Shown: in pieces, positions 45,808 to 55,806 of the stretch
Numbering within the stretch: position 1 is the stretch's first letter
Layout of the letters: each line of letters starts with the position of its first letter
IMG/VR virus record: IMGVR_UViG_3300031992_000011
Strand: one strand, 5' to 3'
Source: a virus
Lineage: Duplodnaviria; Caudoviricetes
DNA length: 64,000 bases
Notes under the pieces: generated by a model
What the model saw: only the letters and a program-made list of their open reading frames with translations
Databases searched by the model: none
What the model was told of the DNA's origin: nothing
Program-made: the position numbers and the translations under genes

Positions 45808-45848
45808 GACGCCACCGCCCGTTACTTCCGGATGGTGGCGTCTTTTTT
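45808..45848 (+). terminator. intrinsic terminator
   Basis: GACGCCACC/GGTGGCGTC + T6. Confidence 0.8.
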
Positions 45849-45851
45849 ACA

Positions 45852-45977
45852 TCAACGCGCCGGTCTCCTTATGATTCTTCTGCTCGACGATGGTGCCGGT
45901 TTGTGTGCTCTCGAAGGATTCTTAGAAATGCTCTTCGGTTGTGTTATCTGCTTCTTTTTTGTGCAACTGCAGGCCAT
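45852..45977 (-). CDS. 41-aa highly basic peptide (MACSCTKKK...RRIIRRPAR)
   Basis: Translated by hand; lies downstream of a late leader-family gene. Confidence 0.6.
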   Translation of the reverse strand: MACSCTKKKQITQPKSISKNPSRAHKPAPSSSRRIIRRPAR

Positions 45978-46021
45978 GTCTTAGTTATTTTTTGTGGTGA
46001 TTTGAAACTGTGTAAGGCAAG

Positions 46022-46297
46022 TTAATATCCGAAGTGATATGGTTCTCCTTCGTATGGACCGTAAGCATATGACTTCTTTATTTTCGTAGATACGGCACTA
46101 AGTTTTCTGTAAAGGTCATCCAGTTCTTCTTGGGTTATGACATCCCCAAATTGTGACTCCGTAAACCCTGCCATAACTCCCATCAAGTTGTCTACGGCAT
46201 CCTCCAATTCGCGTTTTGGACCATTATTCCATGCACCTTTGACAGCTTCCTGTATTATTCTGCGGAGTTTTGATTCTGTTATTCTGTACTTCCTCAT
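46022..46297 (-). CDS. leader-family protein (ITESKLRRIIQEAV)
   Basis: Leader; TATTTAT at 46325-46331. Confidence 0.8.
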   Translation of the reverse strand: MRKYRITESKLRRIIQEAVKGAWNNGPKRELEDAVDNLMGVMAGFTESQFGDVITQEELDDLYRKLSAVSTKIKKSYAYGPYEGEPYHFGY

Positions 46298-46336
46298 AAT
46301 AATCTAAAGTTTGTTATGCTGTCAATAAATAGCGAC
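46241..46336 (-). repeat. promoter+leader cassette, copy 1 (similar to 49854-49949)
   Basis: Shared TGCGGAGT.TTGATTCTGTTATTCTGTA.TTCCTCATAATAA...AAAGTTTGTT...ATAAATAG. Confidence 0.8.
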
Positions 46337-46446
46337 ATTTGGGTGAAACGGAATGATGGATTACAACAGTGACAATGTTTAACCTTTTTTAACTTGCATA
46401 TGTGGATATAAAGTTTTATCTTTGCGGCGTAAAATTGATTTAATCT

Positions 46447-47094
46447 ATGGATTATGAACAAATGTCAAAAGTGTGGTTTACGGCCGACACACACTTCATG
46501 CACAAGAATATTCTGAAACACTGTCCGTCACGCTCAGAGCATGGCGGTTTTGAGGTAGATGATGTCGACGCGCATGACCGATGGGTCATCGACGCGTGGA
46601 ACAGAAAGGTGGCAAAAAAAGACACGGTGTACATTGTCGGGGACTTCGCATTCGGCTCGGCCGACAAGGTGAAGAAGTTTATCGGCAAATTGAACGGCAA
46701 CAAGTTCCTTGTGTTGGGCAACCATGACGGGTCGTCAGACCATCTTGTCGGATATTTCAAACAGATAGTACAACTCAAGGACATCGTCTTTAAGAAAAAG
46801 AACTATGATTTCCTTGAAGAGGACTTCCATGTGTTCCTTTGTCATTATCCTATGGTCACATGGCCGGCCAAGCATTATGGAAGCGTGAATGTCCATGGAC
46901 ACTGCCATGGCAGGCTTGACAAATACAACGAGGAGTCAACAGACTTGAGGGTGGACGTCGGCATTGACGGAAAACTGTCGGGGTTTGAGCCTGTCGGACT
47001 CCCGGAACTATATGCGTATTTCAAGGAGAAGGCGTCAGGAATGATGTTCCGTGAATACGCAGAAAAAATGCGCGAACAGAATATGGTAGTATAA
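46447..47094 (+). CDS. calcineurin-like metallophosphoesterase
   Basis: ADTHF.H, VGD, LGNHD, CHYP, HGHCH; TATCTTTG at 46417. Confidence 0.9.
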   Translation: MDYEQMSKVWFTADTHFMHKNILKHCPSRSEHGGFEVDDVDAHDRWVIDAWNRKVAKKDTVYIVGDFAFGSADKVKKFIGKLNGNKFLVLGNHDGSSDHLVGYFKQIVQLKDIVFKKKNYDFLEEDFHVFLCHYPMVTWPAKHYGSVNVHGHCHGRLDKYNEESTDLRVDVGIDGKLSGFEPVGLPELYAYFKEKASGMMFREYAEKMREQNMVV

Positions 47095-47109
47095 AAAACA
47101 GATACAAAT

Positions 47110-47730
47110 ATGTCAAAATTCAGAAAAGGACAGAGGGTCACCGTGGATGGCGGGTTGCTCTCGAAACAGAAGAACGCCGTCGTTCATGACATACGGTACA
47201 TCAAAAAAGGGGACAAGAAAGTCAACAAACGTTATGTCATCGAATTCACCGACGCGGAATGGAACCTTACAGGCAAATTCAAGACGGTTGACAAGTCGGC
47301 AATGTCAAAGGTTGATACAAACCCGGTCAAACAAGAGAAACAGAAAAAGTTCTCGCCGAAACTTTATTACAGTTCAGTCGCCACAGAAGACGGAAACAGA
47401 ATTGTCACCGTGTGCGGCATGGTGTTCACCACCCGTGCAGTGGAAACCGAGGCCGCTCCGAACCAGAGTCTCATGCTCATGCCGAAACTGCGGAAACACT
47501 TGTGTGTCGGTTTCGCTATCAAGCATCCAGAAGACACGCCACGCCAAAGCGTGGCAAAGAGCGTCGCGGCAAAAAGGGCACGATGGAATCCACTAAGCAC
47601 CTACATGAGCGACAACCCCAACGAATTCCGTGAAGACATGGTAATGGCGGTATTGTCCGTCAAGGCGAAGTACATCGCAGAGAACATCGGAGATTTTGTG
47701 ATAAACGGCGGCACACATGAGACAGATTAA
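47110..47730 (+). CDS. hypothetical protein
   Basis: ORF. Confidence 0.7.
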   Translation: MSKFRKGQRVTVDGGLLSKQKNAVVHDIRYIKKGDKKVNKRYVIEFTDAEWNLTGKFKTVDKSAMSKVDTNPVKQEKQKKFSPKLYYSSVATEDGNRIVTVCGMVFTTRAVETEAAPNQSLMLMPKLRKHLCVGFAIKHPEDTPRQSVAKSVAAKRARWNPLSTYMSDNPNEFREDMVMAVLSVKAKYIAENIGDFVINGGTHETD

Positions 47731-48529
47731 GATACTGCTCGCGGCGACAAGAGGGGACGCGGATCCTGACAACGCTGTCATGAAGTTCGCCAAAGAGTCT
47801 GAGTCCAAAGAGCATGTCGCGATGACAACAGGCATTGCACATGACATCACGCAGTCAATAGCGTTGAATGTGGAGTGCCTGCTGATGAACACGAGAATAC
47901 CAATCAGCGACAAGCAAGCGGCGGAATACCGTAAACTCGTGCGGAAACTGACTGACATGGACGACAAAGAGCGATGTGTCTATGTCGCAGAAGAACTGAA
48001 GAAACTCAAGTGCCGGTATGACGAAGACGGCAACGCGCTGACGACTGAAAATGAGAATTATCTGTATTCCAAGGTCGAGAACCAAGCCAAAGAGCACGAG
48101 AAATTCAGCACCGAAGACCTTCTTGTCGGTCCGTTCATGCTTCTTGACGGTTCGAAGGCATACTCTGCGAAAAAGGGCGACATAGATTGGGAACAGATGC
48201 ACCTCAACCACTATGACGTGCACAAAAGACTGTGGAATGTCTGTGTTGACGGCGATGAACCGCAGACTGACCAAGAACGGAGATGGGTTGAACAGATGGC
48301 GTTCCACACTGACTATTTCGCACGATTCTATGACGCTGACGACTATGCCACAAGGTCAACCGCATTCTTCTGCCACTTCTTTATCGACGCGCAGGACAGC
48401 GAAAAGGTGAAAGCATACAGTTTCAACCGGGCGAACGAGGACAAATGGCCATATGATTTCTACGAGAAATTCATCGAGCCGTTGGACAATGACACAAAAC
48501 TGACATTATACATTGTAACAACTGAATGA
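47717..48529 (+). CDS. hypothetical protein
   Basis: ORF. Confidence 0.75.
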   Translation: MRQIKILLAATRGDADPDNAVMKFAKESESKEHVAMTTGIAHDITQSIALNVECLLMNTRIPISDKQAAEYRKLVRKLTDMDDKERCVYVAEELKKLKCRYDEDGNALTTENENYLYSKVENQAKEHEKFSTEDLLVGPFMLLDGSKAYSAKKGDIDWEQMHLNHYDVHKRLWNVCVDGDEPQTDQERRWVEQMAFHTDYFARFYDADDYATRSTAFFCHFFIDAQDSEKVKAYSFNRANEDKWPYDFYEKFIEPLDNDTKLTLYIVTTE

Positions 48530-48536
48530 TGACATC

Positions 48537-48956
48537 ATGACCAACGAAAACAAACAACAGAAATGGGGGACTATAGAACTTGTCCTCAAGCGCGTGTGGT
48601 ACGACAAAATAGAGAACGGCGAGAAGAATGTGGAGTACCGCGAACTCAAACCGTATAACTGCAAAAGAATAAAGGGTCTCGGACTTGTGTGCCCATATGC
48701 CATGCCTTCCGGTAAGAAAGAAACGAGAATATGCCAGAAGGACGGCAAGGAATGTGTCAGTGGATGCCAAATCACACAGTCGACGGTGAACTTCAGAAGA
48801 GGATATACCAAGACGACAATGAAGTTCACCATAGACACACTGTCCGTCCAACGTGGCGACCCGTCATTGGGCGCGCCTGAGAACGACATTGTCATCAACA
48901 TCGGGCTCGGTCGCAGACTTAAGGACGGAGAGACATATCCAAATCAGGAACAGTAG
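48537..48956 (+). CDS. ASCH/PUA-like protein
   Basis: LVLKRVWYDKIENGEKNVEYRE...FRRGY. Confidence 0.75.
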   Translation: MTNENKQQKWGTIELVLKRVWYDKIENGEKNVEYRELKPYNCKRIKGLGLVCPYAMPSGKKETRICQKDGKECVSGCQITQSTVNFRRGYTKTTMKFTIDTLSVQRGDPSLGAPENDIVINIGLGRRLKDGETYPNQEQ

Positions 48957-48978
48957 ATGTGTTCCGTTGAAACACAAG

Positions 48979-49012
48979 AAAAATGGGCGAACCTTGATTG
49001 GCTCGCCCATAT
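48979..49012. terminator. terminator between convergent genes
   Basis: ATGGGCGA/TCGCCCAT; same arms as 62788-62820. Confidence 0.65.
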
Positions 49013-49072
49013 GTTTCGTATGTTTGTTGGACTGATTGTCACTTGGTGTGAATTAAGATTGTGTGAGGTGAC

Positions 49073-49609
49073 TTAATAATGGCAATTTATAAAATCTTGA
49101 AGACCACGTATAGCAGCAACAAGATAATTTCGTGCTTCGCCTTCATTGCCATATTGAGGCATTTTTGCTCTTGCCTCAGCTTGTTTTAATTTACTCTTTA
49201 ATTCTGCAAGACACGAAAAAATATCTTCATCTCTATAAGTGCCATCCGTTGTGTGTAAAACATCCAAGTTTCTGCCTGCTTTATATCCTCTGTGAAAACT
49301 ATTTTCATTCACTATACTTCTGATAGTTTCAGCAATCATCCGTTTCAATTCGGATTCTCTAAGTTGAATAGTTCGCCTCATATTTCTTGATTCATTTTGT
49401 ACATTACCATATCTTTCGTCAAATACCTTGTTAATTAGATCAGCATCTATTCCAAGAGACATTGATAACCATTTGAACAATAGTCTTTTTTCCCTTTCTC
49501 TCCCACGTATCGCACAATGCATATAGTATTCAGGCATACTATAATTTGCACTTGGTGACACATCGGCATTTTCTAACTTATCGAATATTCTGTTAATGGT
49601 GTCTTCCAT
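49073..49609 (-). CDS. protein with internal leader motif (QLRESELKRMIAETIRSIVNE)
   Basis: AT-rich ORF; motif begins at about aa 77. Confidence 0.65.
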   Translation of the reverse strand: MEDTINRIFDKLENADVSPSANYSMPEYYMHCAIRGREREKRLLFKWLSMSLGIDADLINKVFDERYGNVQNESRNMRRTIQLRESELKRMIAETIRSIVNENSFHRGYKAGRNLDVLHTTDGTYRDEDIFSCLAELKSKLKQAEARAKMPQYGNEGEARNYLVAAIRGLQDFINCHY

Positions 49610-49646
49610 CTTTTTGAACTATTTTGCAAGTATATAGATCCCTAAT

Positions 49647-49910
49647 TTACAAAGTGGCATATTCAAATTTCACACGGAAACCTAAACCATAGTCCGATGA
49701 ATATTCATCATCTCCGCCTAAGTCAACAGTTATGGCATCAAACCCATTTCCGTCCACCGCTTGTCCTCCGAACATTTTTCTCAACCCTCTCTCAACCATT
49801 GTGTAAGCATGCTGAATACTCTCGGTTTGAAAGTCGTCGTTCAACGCCCCATTCACGGCCTCCTGTATCATATTGCGGAGTCTTGATTCTGTTATTCTGT
49901 ATTTCCTCAT
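49647..49910 (-). CDS. leader-family protein (ITESRLRNMIQEAV)
   Basis: Leader; TATTTAT at 49937-49943. Confidence 0.8.
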   Translation of the reverse strand: MRKYRITESRLRNMIQEAVNGALNDDFQTESIQHAYTMVERGLRKMFGGQAVDGNGFDAITVDLGGDDEYSSDYGLGFRVKFEYATL

Positions 49911-49949
49911 AATAAGCCAAAGTTTGTTGTTCAGATATAAATAGTCGCC
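49854..49949 (-). repeat. promoter+leader cassette, copy 2
   Basis: Similar to 46241-46336. Confidence 0.8.
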
Positions 49950-50144
49950 GGTGCGGAAACTTGCACGAAAGCATCATACATACCGAATTGGATTGGGAAT
50001 AAGTTGGCAGAAGGCACTATCATTAAGATTTGTGTTTCTATTGCATTTTGCACATTATATCATGTGTGAAATTTTGTGCAAAAATACATATAACACCAAT
50101 ATCATTGCCTACCTATTTATGTAGAAGAAAACGATGACAAAAGA

Positions 50145-51629
50145 ATGAACATCAAACTTAAAGACAATGAAGCGTTCACTGTTACCGACGGGTCCGGTGT
50201 TGTCACTGACGTTCTCTCAATAAGAGGCAAACAAGATGCTCTTACTGCAGGTGACGGTATAGCGATAGACAGCAATGACACCGTCCGAACCACCGGTATT
50301 CCATTCGGCAGATGTGACAGCACTTCAACTTCAACGGCATTCACGGCGACAGTCCCCGGCATAGACAGACTTGAGGATGGTGTGTGCTGCATGATTGAGA
50401 ATGGTGTGGTCACATCAGCAGCAGGTTTCACATTGAATGTGAATGGACTGGGTGGAAAACCTGTGTACAATAACATGGCGGCCGCTACTCGTGACACCAC
50501 TATATTCAATGCCAATTATACAATGCTGTTTGTGTATGATGAAACACGAGTGGAGGGTGGATGCTGGATATGCTATAGAGGTTATGATGCTAATACTAAC
50601 ACCACTGGTTATCTGTTGAGAACCGATAAGACAGTGATGAATGTCTCAGATACTGCCAGATATTATAAGATATATTTCACATCAGCAGACGGCACAAAAT
50701 GGGTTCCCGCATCAGTTAATAGCACTAACAACGCCACATCAGCAAGACCTGTTAACCAAAGACCTATTGACCCGTTTGGTAGGATTGTTTATACTTCAGC
50801 TAGTACAAGCTATACCGCCGGCGCTAATTTAGCCGCGACTACCATATGGGACCAATATAATTTCGCATTAGGTTACTCTTTCAACAGAACAGGTGCGGCA
50901 TTAACTTTAACAGTAGAAGCGCCTGTATATCTTAAATGTGCCCCCCAGACCGACGGCTCTGCTATAATGGATGCGGACACTCCCATTGTACAGGCGTTGC
51001 CTACAACTAATGACGGTAAAATATATATCTATTTAGGCGTGGCATACAGCGCTACCAATATTGAGCTAGTGCCTCATCATCCTGTGTATTATCACGATGG
51101 TACTGGTATTAGGATATGGACTGGTAGTACTGGTGCTGACTTGACAAACTACTACACTAAGACGGAGGTGAATACCGCTTTAAATGGCAAGCAAGCTACC
51201 TTGGTTAGTGGCACTAACTTGAAGACCATCAACAACGAAAGCTTGTTGGGTAGTGGGAACATCTCCATACAAGGTGGGGGTGGTTCTGCAAACATTGAAT
51301 ACAATTCAAGCAAAACTGCACTAGTAATTGGTGGTGGAAGTACGAAATATACAATAAGTTTATCTGATGGAGATTTGTTGCGTCCAAGTGTAAAAATCAA
51401 CGATTTCACCTATTCAGCATCGAATTTCCCATTAGAGGTTAACTCTGGTGACATTTTAAATATTGTTGTTAGTGCAGCAGGAGGTAGCACTTGCACTACA
51501 ACTATGGGTGGAACTACGGTTTCAACATCAACGTCATTCAGCATACAAAGTGTAAGTGGGAATATAGTTATAACAGTTTCAGCCCCAGGCAGCGGGCCAG
51601 GTGGAGATGGTCCTATCATTGTAAATTAA
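50145..51629 (+). CDS. tail fibre / receptor-binding-like protein
   Basis: KQDALTAGDGIAI, TLNVNGLGGKP, KQATLVSGTNLKTINNESLLGSGNI; TATTTAT at 50114. Confidence 0.75.
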   Translation: MNIKLKDNEAFTVTDGSGVVTDVLSIRGKQDALTAGDGIAIDSNDTVRTTGIPFGRCDSTSTSTAFTATVPGIDRLEDGVCCMIENGVVTSAAGFTLNVNGLGGKPVYNNMAAATRDTTIFNANYTMLFVYDETRVEGGCWICYRGYDANTNTTGYLLRTDKTVMNVSDTARYYKIYFTSADGTKWVPASVNSTNNATSARPVNQRPIDPFGRIVYTSASTSYTAGANLAATTIWDQYNFALGYSFNRTGAALTLTVEAPVYLKCAPQTDGSAIMDADTPIVQALPTTNDGKIYIYLGVAYSATNIELVPHHPVYYHDGTGIRIWTGSTGADLTNYYTKTEVNTALNGKQATLVSGTNLKTINNESLLGSGNISIQGGGGSANIEYNSSKTALVIGGGSTKYTISLSDGDLLRPSVKINDFTYSASNFPLEVNSGDILNIVVSAAGGSTCTTTMGGTTVSTSTSFSIQSVSGNIVITVSAPGSGPGGDGPIIVN

Positions 51630-51641
51630 CAATTATGAATT

Positions 51642-51869
51642 ATGGCAAACATAGATAAAGTAACTTTAAACGGAACTGACTACACGATAGTAGACAGCAC
51701 AGTTCCAAGTTGGGCGAAGAATAGCACTAAGCCCACATACAATGGTGGCGAGGTGAAGTACACGGGCACTAGTGGAAATGTAGTGACTAACAACACTACA
51801 TTGAATGTTGCCATTAAGGCGATAGATGATGCGATAGGTAACGTAGAAACCTTATTAGCAAGAATTTGA
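51642..51869 (+). CDS. small tail-associated protein
   Basis: VPSWAK..KPTY motif. Confidence 0.65.
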   Translation: MANIDKVTLNGTDYTIVDSTVPSWAKNSTKPTYNGGEVKYTGTSGNVVTNNTTLNVAIKAIDDAIGNVETLLARI

Positions 51870-53509
51870 TTATGAGTATAGCAAGTGAGATAAGCCGAAT
51901 ACAAACGGCAAAAGCAGATTTAAAAACTGCTATAGAAAATAAAGGTGTTACTGTTCCTAGTAGTACTAAGTTAGATGGTTATGCTGATTTGGTTGACAGT
52001 ATTGAGCAGGGTGGTAGCGGCACTGTTGAATCAAATGATGTTGAGTTTATCGACTATGATGGCACGATTGTTGCCTCGTACTCTGCTGCTGAGTTTGCTA
52101 ATCTTGCTGCGTTCCCTGATAATCCTGACCACACGGCAGATGGACTGGTTTCACAAGGTTGGAACTGGACACTGAGTGAGGCAAAAACCTATATGGCTGA
52201 CCACAAAGGTCTAATTATAGGCCAAATGTATACTACTGATGATGGTGCTACAAGGATCACAATAAACTTGACTGATAATAAAAGTACCTTCTACTTATAT
52301 TTTACGCAAAGTAAAACTAACGGAGTAACTATTAATTGGGGTGATGGAAGCCCTGTGGAGACAGGTTCTAGTACAACTATTACTATCACACATAGTTATA
52401 CATTAGCTGGAACATATATAATATCTTTATTGCCTGAGGATAATTGTACTTTAACAATTCCATACTCACCATATAATTTTACTATAATGATAGGAGGGAG
52501 GTCTAGTTCAACTGATAATGATAGAAATTCTGTAATAGCAATCAATATCGGGAAAAATGTAGCTGCTGAGAATAATCCATTTGGGATGCTCGGAAGGCTT
52601 CGTACTATAACACTTTCTAATAATATAGGGACATGTAAATTTTGGCGATGTACACATTTAAAAGCATTAGTACTTCCTCCTAGTATCACAGCACTGCCAA
52701 GTAACTTTGCTGAGAATTGTTTTTCTCTAGTAAAAATATCACTGCCTAATACTATTACAACTTTTGGCTCAGGTGCGTTTAGGTACTGTTACGCACTTAA
52801 AAAAATTACTATACCAAATAGCGTTACATCACTTGGAAGCGAGGCAATACGAGATTCTCTGTCATTAGAGAACGTACAGCTTTCAAATTATGCTGACATT
52901 CCTGATTTTTGCTTTTATAACTGTCGGTCATTAAAGGAAATAAATATTCCTAATAGCGTAGTGTCTATTAATAACTATGCTTTTGGGGATTCTAGTGTTA
53001 CGTCAGTAGTAATTCCTGATTCAGTAACTTCTCTTGGAAATTCAGTATTTGCAAACTGTTATAAGTTACAAGAACTGGTAATCGGCAATGGGATTACTAA
53101 TTTAGGCTCTGGCTTATGCTACTACTGTAAATCCCTGCGAAAAATAGTTATACCAGATAATATTACTGGCGCTTTTAATGGAATTGGTTCATATTGTCAA
53201 TCGTTAGAAAATATAATTTTACCAAGCACGATTACGGCTATTGGAAATTCTGCATTTGATGGGTATTATATTTTAGACCACCTAGATATACCGAGTAGTG
53301 TTACTTCTATAGGGACTAGCTGCATAAATACTGCATTACGATATTTAGTATTGCGCAGCGTATCGCCACCAACATTAGGCAATGCATCAAACTCGCTAGG
53401 CTCCACTTCTTTTACATTCCCGATATATGTTCCTGATTCGGCTATTGAAGCCTACAAGAGTGCTTACACGAACTATGCTAGTAGGATTAAGGGTATCAGC
53501 GAGCGTTAG
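51866..53509 (+). CDS. BspA-type leucine-rich repeat protein
   Basis: Repeats of AF..C..L..I.IP.SVT.IG; ends IYVPDSAIEAYK. Confidence 0.9.
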   Translation: MIMSIASEISRIQTAKADLKTAIENKGVTVPSSTKLDGYADLVDSIEQGGSGTVESNDVEFIDYDGTIVASYSAAEFANLAAFPDNPDHTADGLVSQGWNWTLSEAKTYMADHKGLIIGQMYTTDDGATRITINLTDNKSTFYLYFTQSKTNGVTINWGDGSPVETGSSTTITITHSYTLAGTYIISLLPEDNCTLTIPYSPYNFTIMIGGRSSSTDNDRNSVIAINIGKNVAAENNPFGMLGRLRTITLSNNIGTCKFWRCTHLKALVLPPSITALPSNFAENCFSLVKISLPNTITTFGSGAFRYCYALKKITIPNSVTSLGSEAIRDSLSLENVQLSNYADIPDFCFYNCRSLKEINIPNSVVSINNYAFGDSSVTSVVIPDSVTSLGNSVFANCYKLQELVIGNGITNLGSGLCYYCKSLRKIVIPDNITGAFNGIGSYCQSLENIILPSTITAIGNSAFDGYYILDHLDIPSSVTSIGTSCINTALRYLVLRSVSPPTLGNASNSLGSTSFTFPIYVPDSAIEAYKSAYTNYASRIKGISER

Positions 53510-53523
53510 GATGGGATGATAAT

Positions 53524-53555
53524 GGGCACCGAAGAAATTCGGTGCTCTTTTTTTT
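53524..53555 (+). terminator. intrinsic terminator
   Basis: GGGCACCGAA/TTCGGTGCTC + T8. Confidence 0.85.
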
Positions 53556-53628
53556 GTGAACTATACGCCAAAAGCAAATGGGCAACCGTCACCGGTCGCC
53601 CATTCTTCGCATATTTCCGTATGCGCCC

Positions 53629-54213
53629 CTAATCTTTTCCGAACATCTTGCTGTAACTTCTTCTCGCAAAGTCGAACATCGGTTCTTTCTCTCCGCTGTC
53701 CTTCCACTTCCCGTAAGTGTAGCTGTCATTGTTCCTCACGTGTCCTATGACATTGTATTTGGATTGTCTCGCCTTGTCCCCATACATGTCGTCTGTGGCC
53801 ATACGGTTGTTGAGGCGGTCAATATCCCCTCTTAGCGAATCCACAGAAGGACGCTCATCGCCTCTGTATTTTTTCATGCACGCCCAGAATATGCTGTTGA
53901 CCATTTCAGCGTGCCTCACAGCGTCAGAAGTGAGCAAATTCCACACTTCGATGTCGTCGTCGTACGGAATCAGGTCATCAACCTCGTTTTCGACAAGGTC
54001 GTGAAGATCGTCGATTGAGTTCGAAGGTTCGGAGAAATACATCCCTATCACCTTGTCGCCTAAGATTTTTTCACCTATACTTCGGACCAAATTGGCGGCC
54101 TTCCCGTAGTCCGGCTCTTGGCCGAAGTTCGGGTTCTCTCTCCGCCACTGACGGTTCAGTCCGTCGATGACTGATTCAGTTATCAGTCGGGTGATATTCT
54201 CAACATTCTTCAT
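53629..54213 (-). CDS. leader-family-like protein (ITRLITESV)
   Basis: Short leader variant. Confidence 0.7.
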   Translation of the reverse strand: MKNVENITRLITESVIDGLNRQWRRENPNFGQEPDYGKAANLVRSIGEKILGDKVIGMYFSEPSNSIDDLHDLVENEVDDLIPYDDDIEVWNLLTSDAVRHAEMVNSIFWACMKKYRGDERPSVDSLRGDIDRLNNRMATDDMYGDKARQSKYNVIGHVRNNDSYTYGKWKDSGEKEPMFDFARRSYSKMFGKD

Positions 54214-54700
54214 GCTCGATCATTGTTGTCAGTTTATTCGGCGAGTAAAGGAAGTCCACGAGACTGTCGGACAGACATCTGTACTTCTCGTCGACCGGCG
54301 TGATGTACAGGAAGGTGGAAGGCTGGACACCCTCACATGCGTCGTTCATCTCCACGTAAATCATCCATTCAGGTTTCTCGATATCTCCGTTGAGTATTGA
54401 CTCTATCACCTTGTTGACATAACATATCCTCTCGCATGGCCTTGAGCAGTCGGCCGTCATTATGTCCGGTATGTCAAGGTCTTGCGGAGCATCATCCCAT
54501 CCGGTGAAGTTGGCGTACGTGTCCGCACGGCAGAAGACGCCGTATCGGATGATGTCCTCAAGTTTTCTGCCCTCGCAGTCGAATATTGAGAGCACACATC
54601 GCATGAGCGTCTCAAGCGCTTGTATTGATTCGCTCGAGTATATGGTTGTAAGTTCCTCGTGGCACTTGCAGTCGCAGCAACATTCCTTGCAGTTGAACAT
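54200..54700 (-). CDS. Cys-rich hypothetical protein
   Basis: MFNCKECCCDCKCH. Confidence 0.7.
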   Translation of the reverse strand: MFNCKECCCDCKCHEELTTIYSSESIQALETLMRCVLSIFDCEGRKLEDIIRYGVFCRADTYANFTGWDDAPQDLDIPDIMTADCSRPCERICYVNKVIESILNGDIEKPEWMIYVEMNDACEGVQPSTFLYITPVDEKYRCLSDSLVDFLYSPNKLTTMIEHEEC

Positions 54701-54761
54701 GTTCGTTCGGTTTAGTTTTGCGTTATTTCATTCGAGTTGTGACGGACCATGTTTCAGTACG

Positions 54762-55691
54762 TCATCTCATCGACCGAAGATACTCGCCCATCTCCTTTCT
54801 CGTCAAAGGATGGATATCTTCCTTGATTAGCATCCTGCCGGCAACCATATTCTGCCAGAAATCAAGCGCTTCTCCGATGCTGCGTTTTCTGTTGTTCTTG
54901 CGTCCGCTGAACGATGTTCCGTCATTGTCACGCCAGTACCTTTGACGCCATTCGTCGTCAGTTCCTCGGTCACGTTCAATACTGTCCATCGCATCTTTCC
55001 TGCTTCCGACCTTCTCTGCGTTGTCTCCCACAAAAGAAAACGCTTTGTTGCCCATCCTTGACATGTAGTTTGAGGCGGTGTCGATATGCAACTCATTGTT
55101 TTCACCTTTCTGATGCCACCCAGGGACTTCGCAATTGTTTGTGCCTATCAAATTTCCCTTAGTTTTACCTTTTTCCTTGTAGTAAATGGAATCTTGGTTG
55201 TAATACTCGGCAATGCGCAATAAATTGTCCAAGAAATTACTGTCATCATCACGGTTGACAACCAAGTATGATTCCTCAGAAGACTCATCGGTCATCCCTT
55301 CGGGGTAGACACCCTTTATTTTGGTTACACCATATCCTAACTGCAACAGTTCCGTCACCATCATCTTGTTTTTCTGACGGTTTTCCTCATGGGTAAAACG
55401 CTTGCCCACCACCCAGTCCTTGTTATGACCGAGATAAGTCGCCTTTTTGTCTCTAATGTCTTTCAACTCACTGCGGAAGGCACTGATGAATGCGCAGTCA
55501 CAATCCTTCAGCCATTGCAGCATCCTGTTGATATTGCTTTCGTTAATGCGCTGCTTTGTGGCGCGAACCACATTGTTGAAGTTGCGCACCTCGTCAATGC
55601 GGTGCTCATACATTTCATGCAGTGCCGTTTTAACGGTTTTGTGTATGATGCGTTGCAAATCACTTTCTTGCAAATATGTTGTCTTTTTCAT
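54762..55691 (-). CDS. leader-family protein with DUF3293-like domain
   Basis: LQESDLQRIIHKTV..LHE; FISAF..KGVY..EESYLV..YNQDSI. Confidence 0.75.
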   Translation of the reverse strand: MKKTTYLQESDLQRIIHKTVKTALHEMYEHRIDEVRNFNNVVRATKQRINESNINRMLQWLKDCDCAFISAFRSELKDIRDKKATYLGHNKDWVVGKRFTHEENRQKNKMMVTELLQLGYGVTKIKGVYPEGMTDESSEESYLVVNRDDDSNFLDNLLRIAEYYNQDSIYYKEKGKTKGNLIGTNNCEVPGWHQKGENNELHIDTASNYMSRMGNKAFSFVGDNAEKVGSRKDAMDSIERDRGTDDEWRQRYWRDNDGTSFSGRKNNRKRSIGEALDFWQNMVAGRMLIKEDIHPLTRKEMGEYLRSMR

Positions 55692-55806
55692 TTGGAAATA
55701 ATTTTGATATGTTTAGTAGTCACCGATGAATATCCAAACCTCATCATAGAATGAACTCTCAGCGCATTTGGTTCCGAAACATTATCCCTTGTGGCGGAAA
55801 AATATC

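Noticed and set aside
45821-45828. GTTACTTC in a terminator loop as a fifth scaffold RNA
   Set aside because: Lacks the matching inner stem, cargo and 3' pyrimidine loop; probably chance
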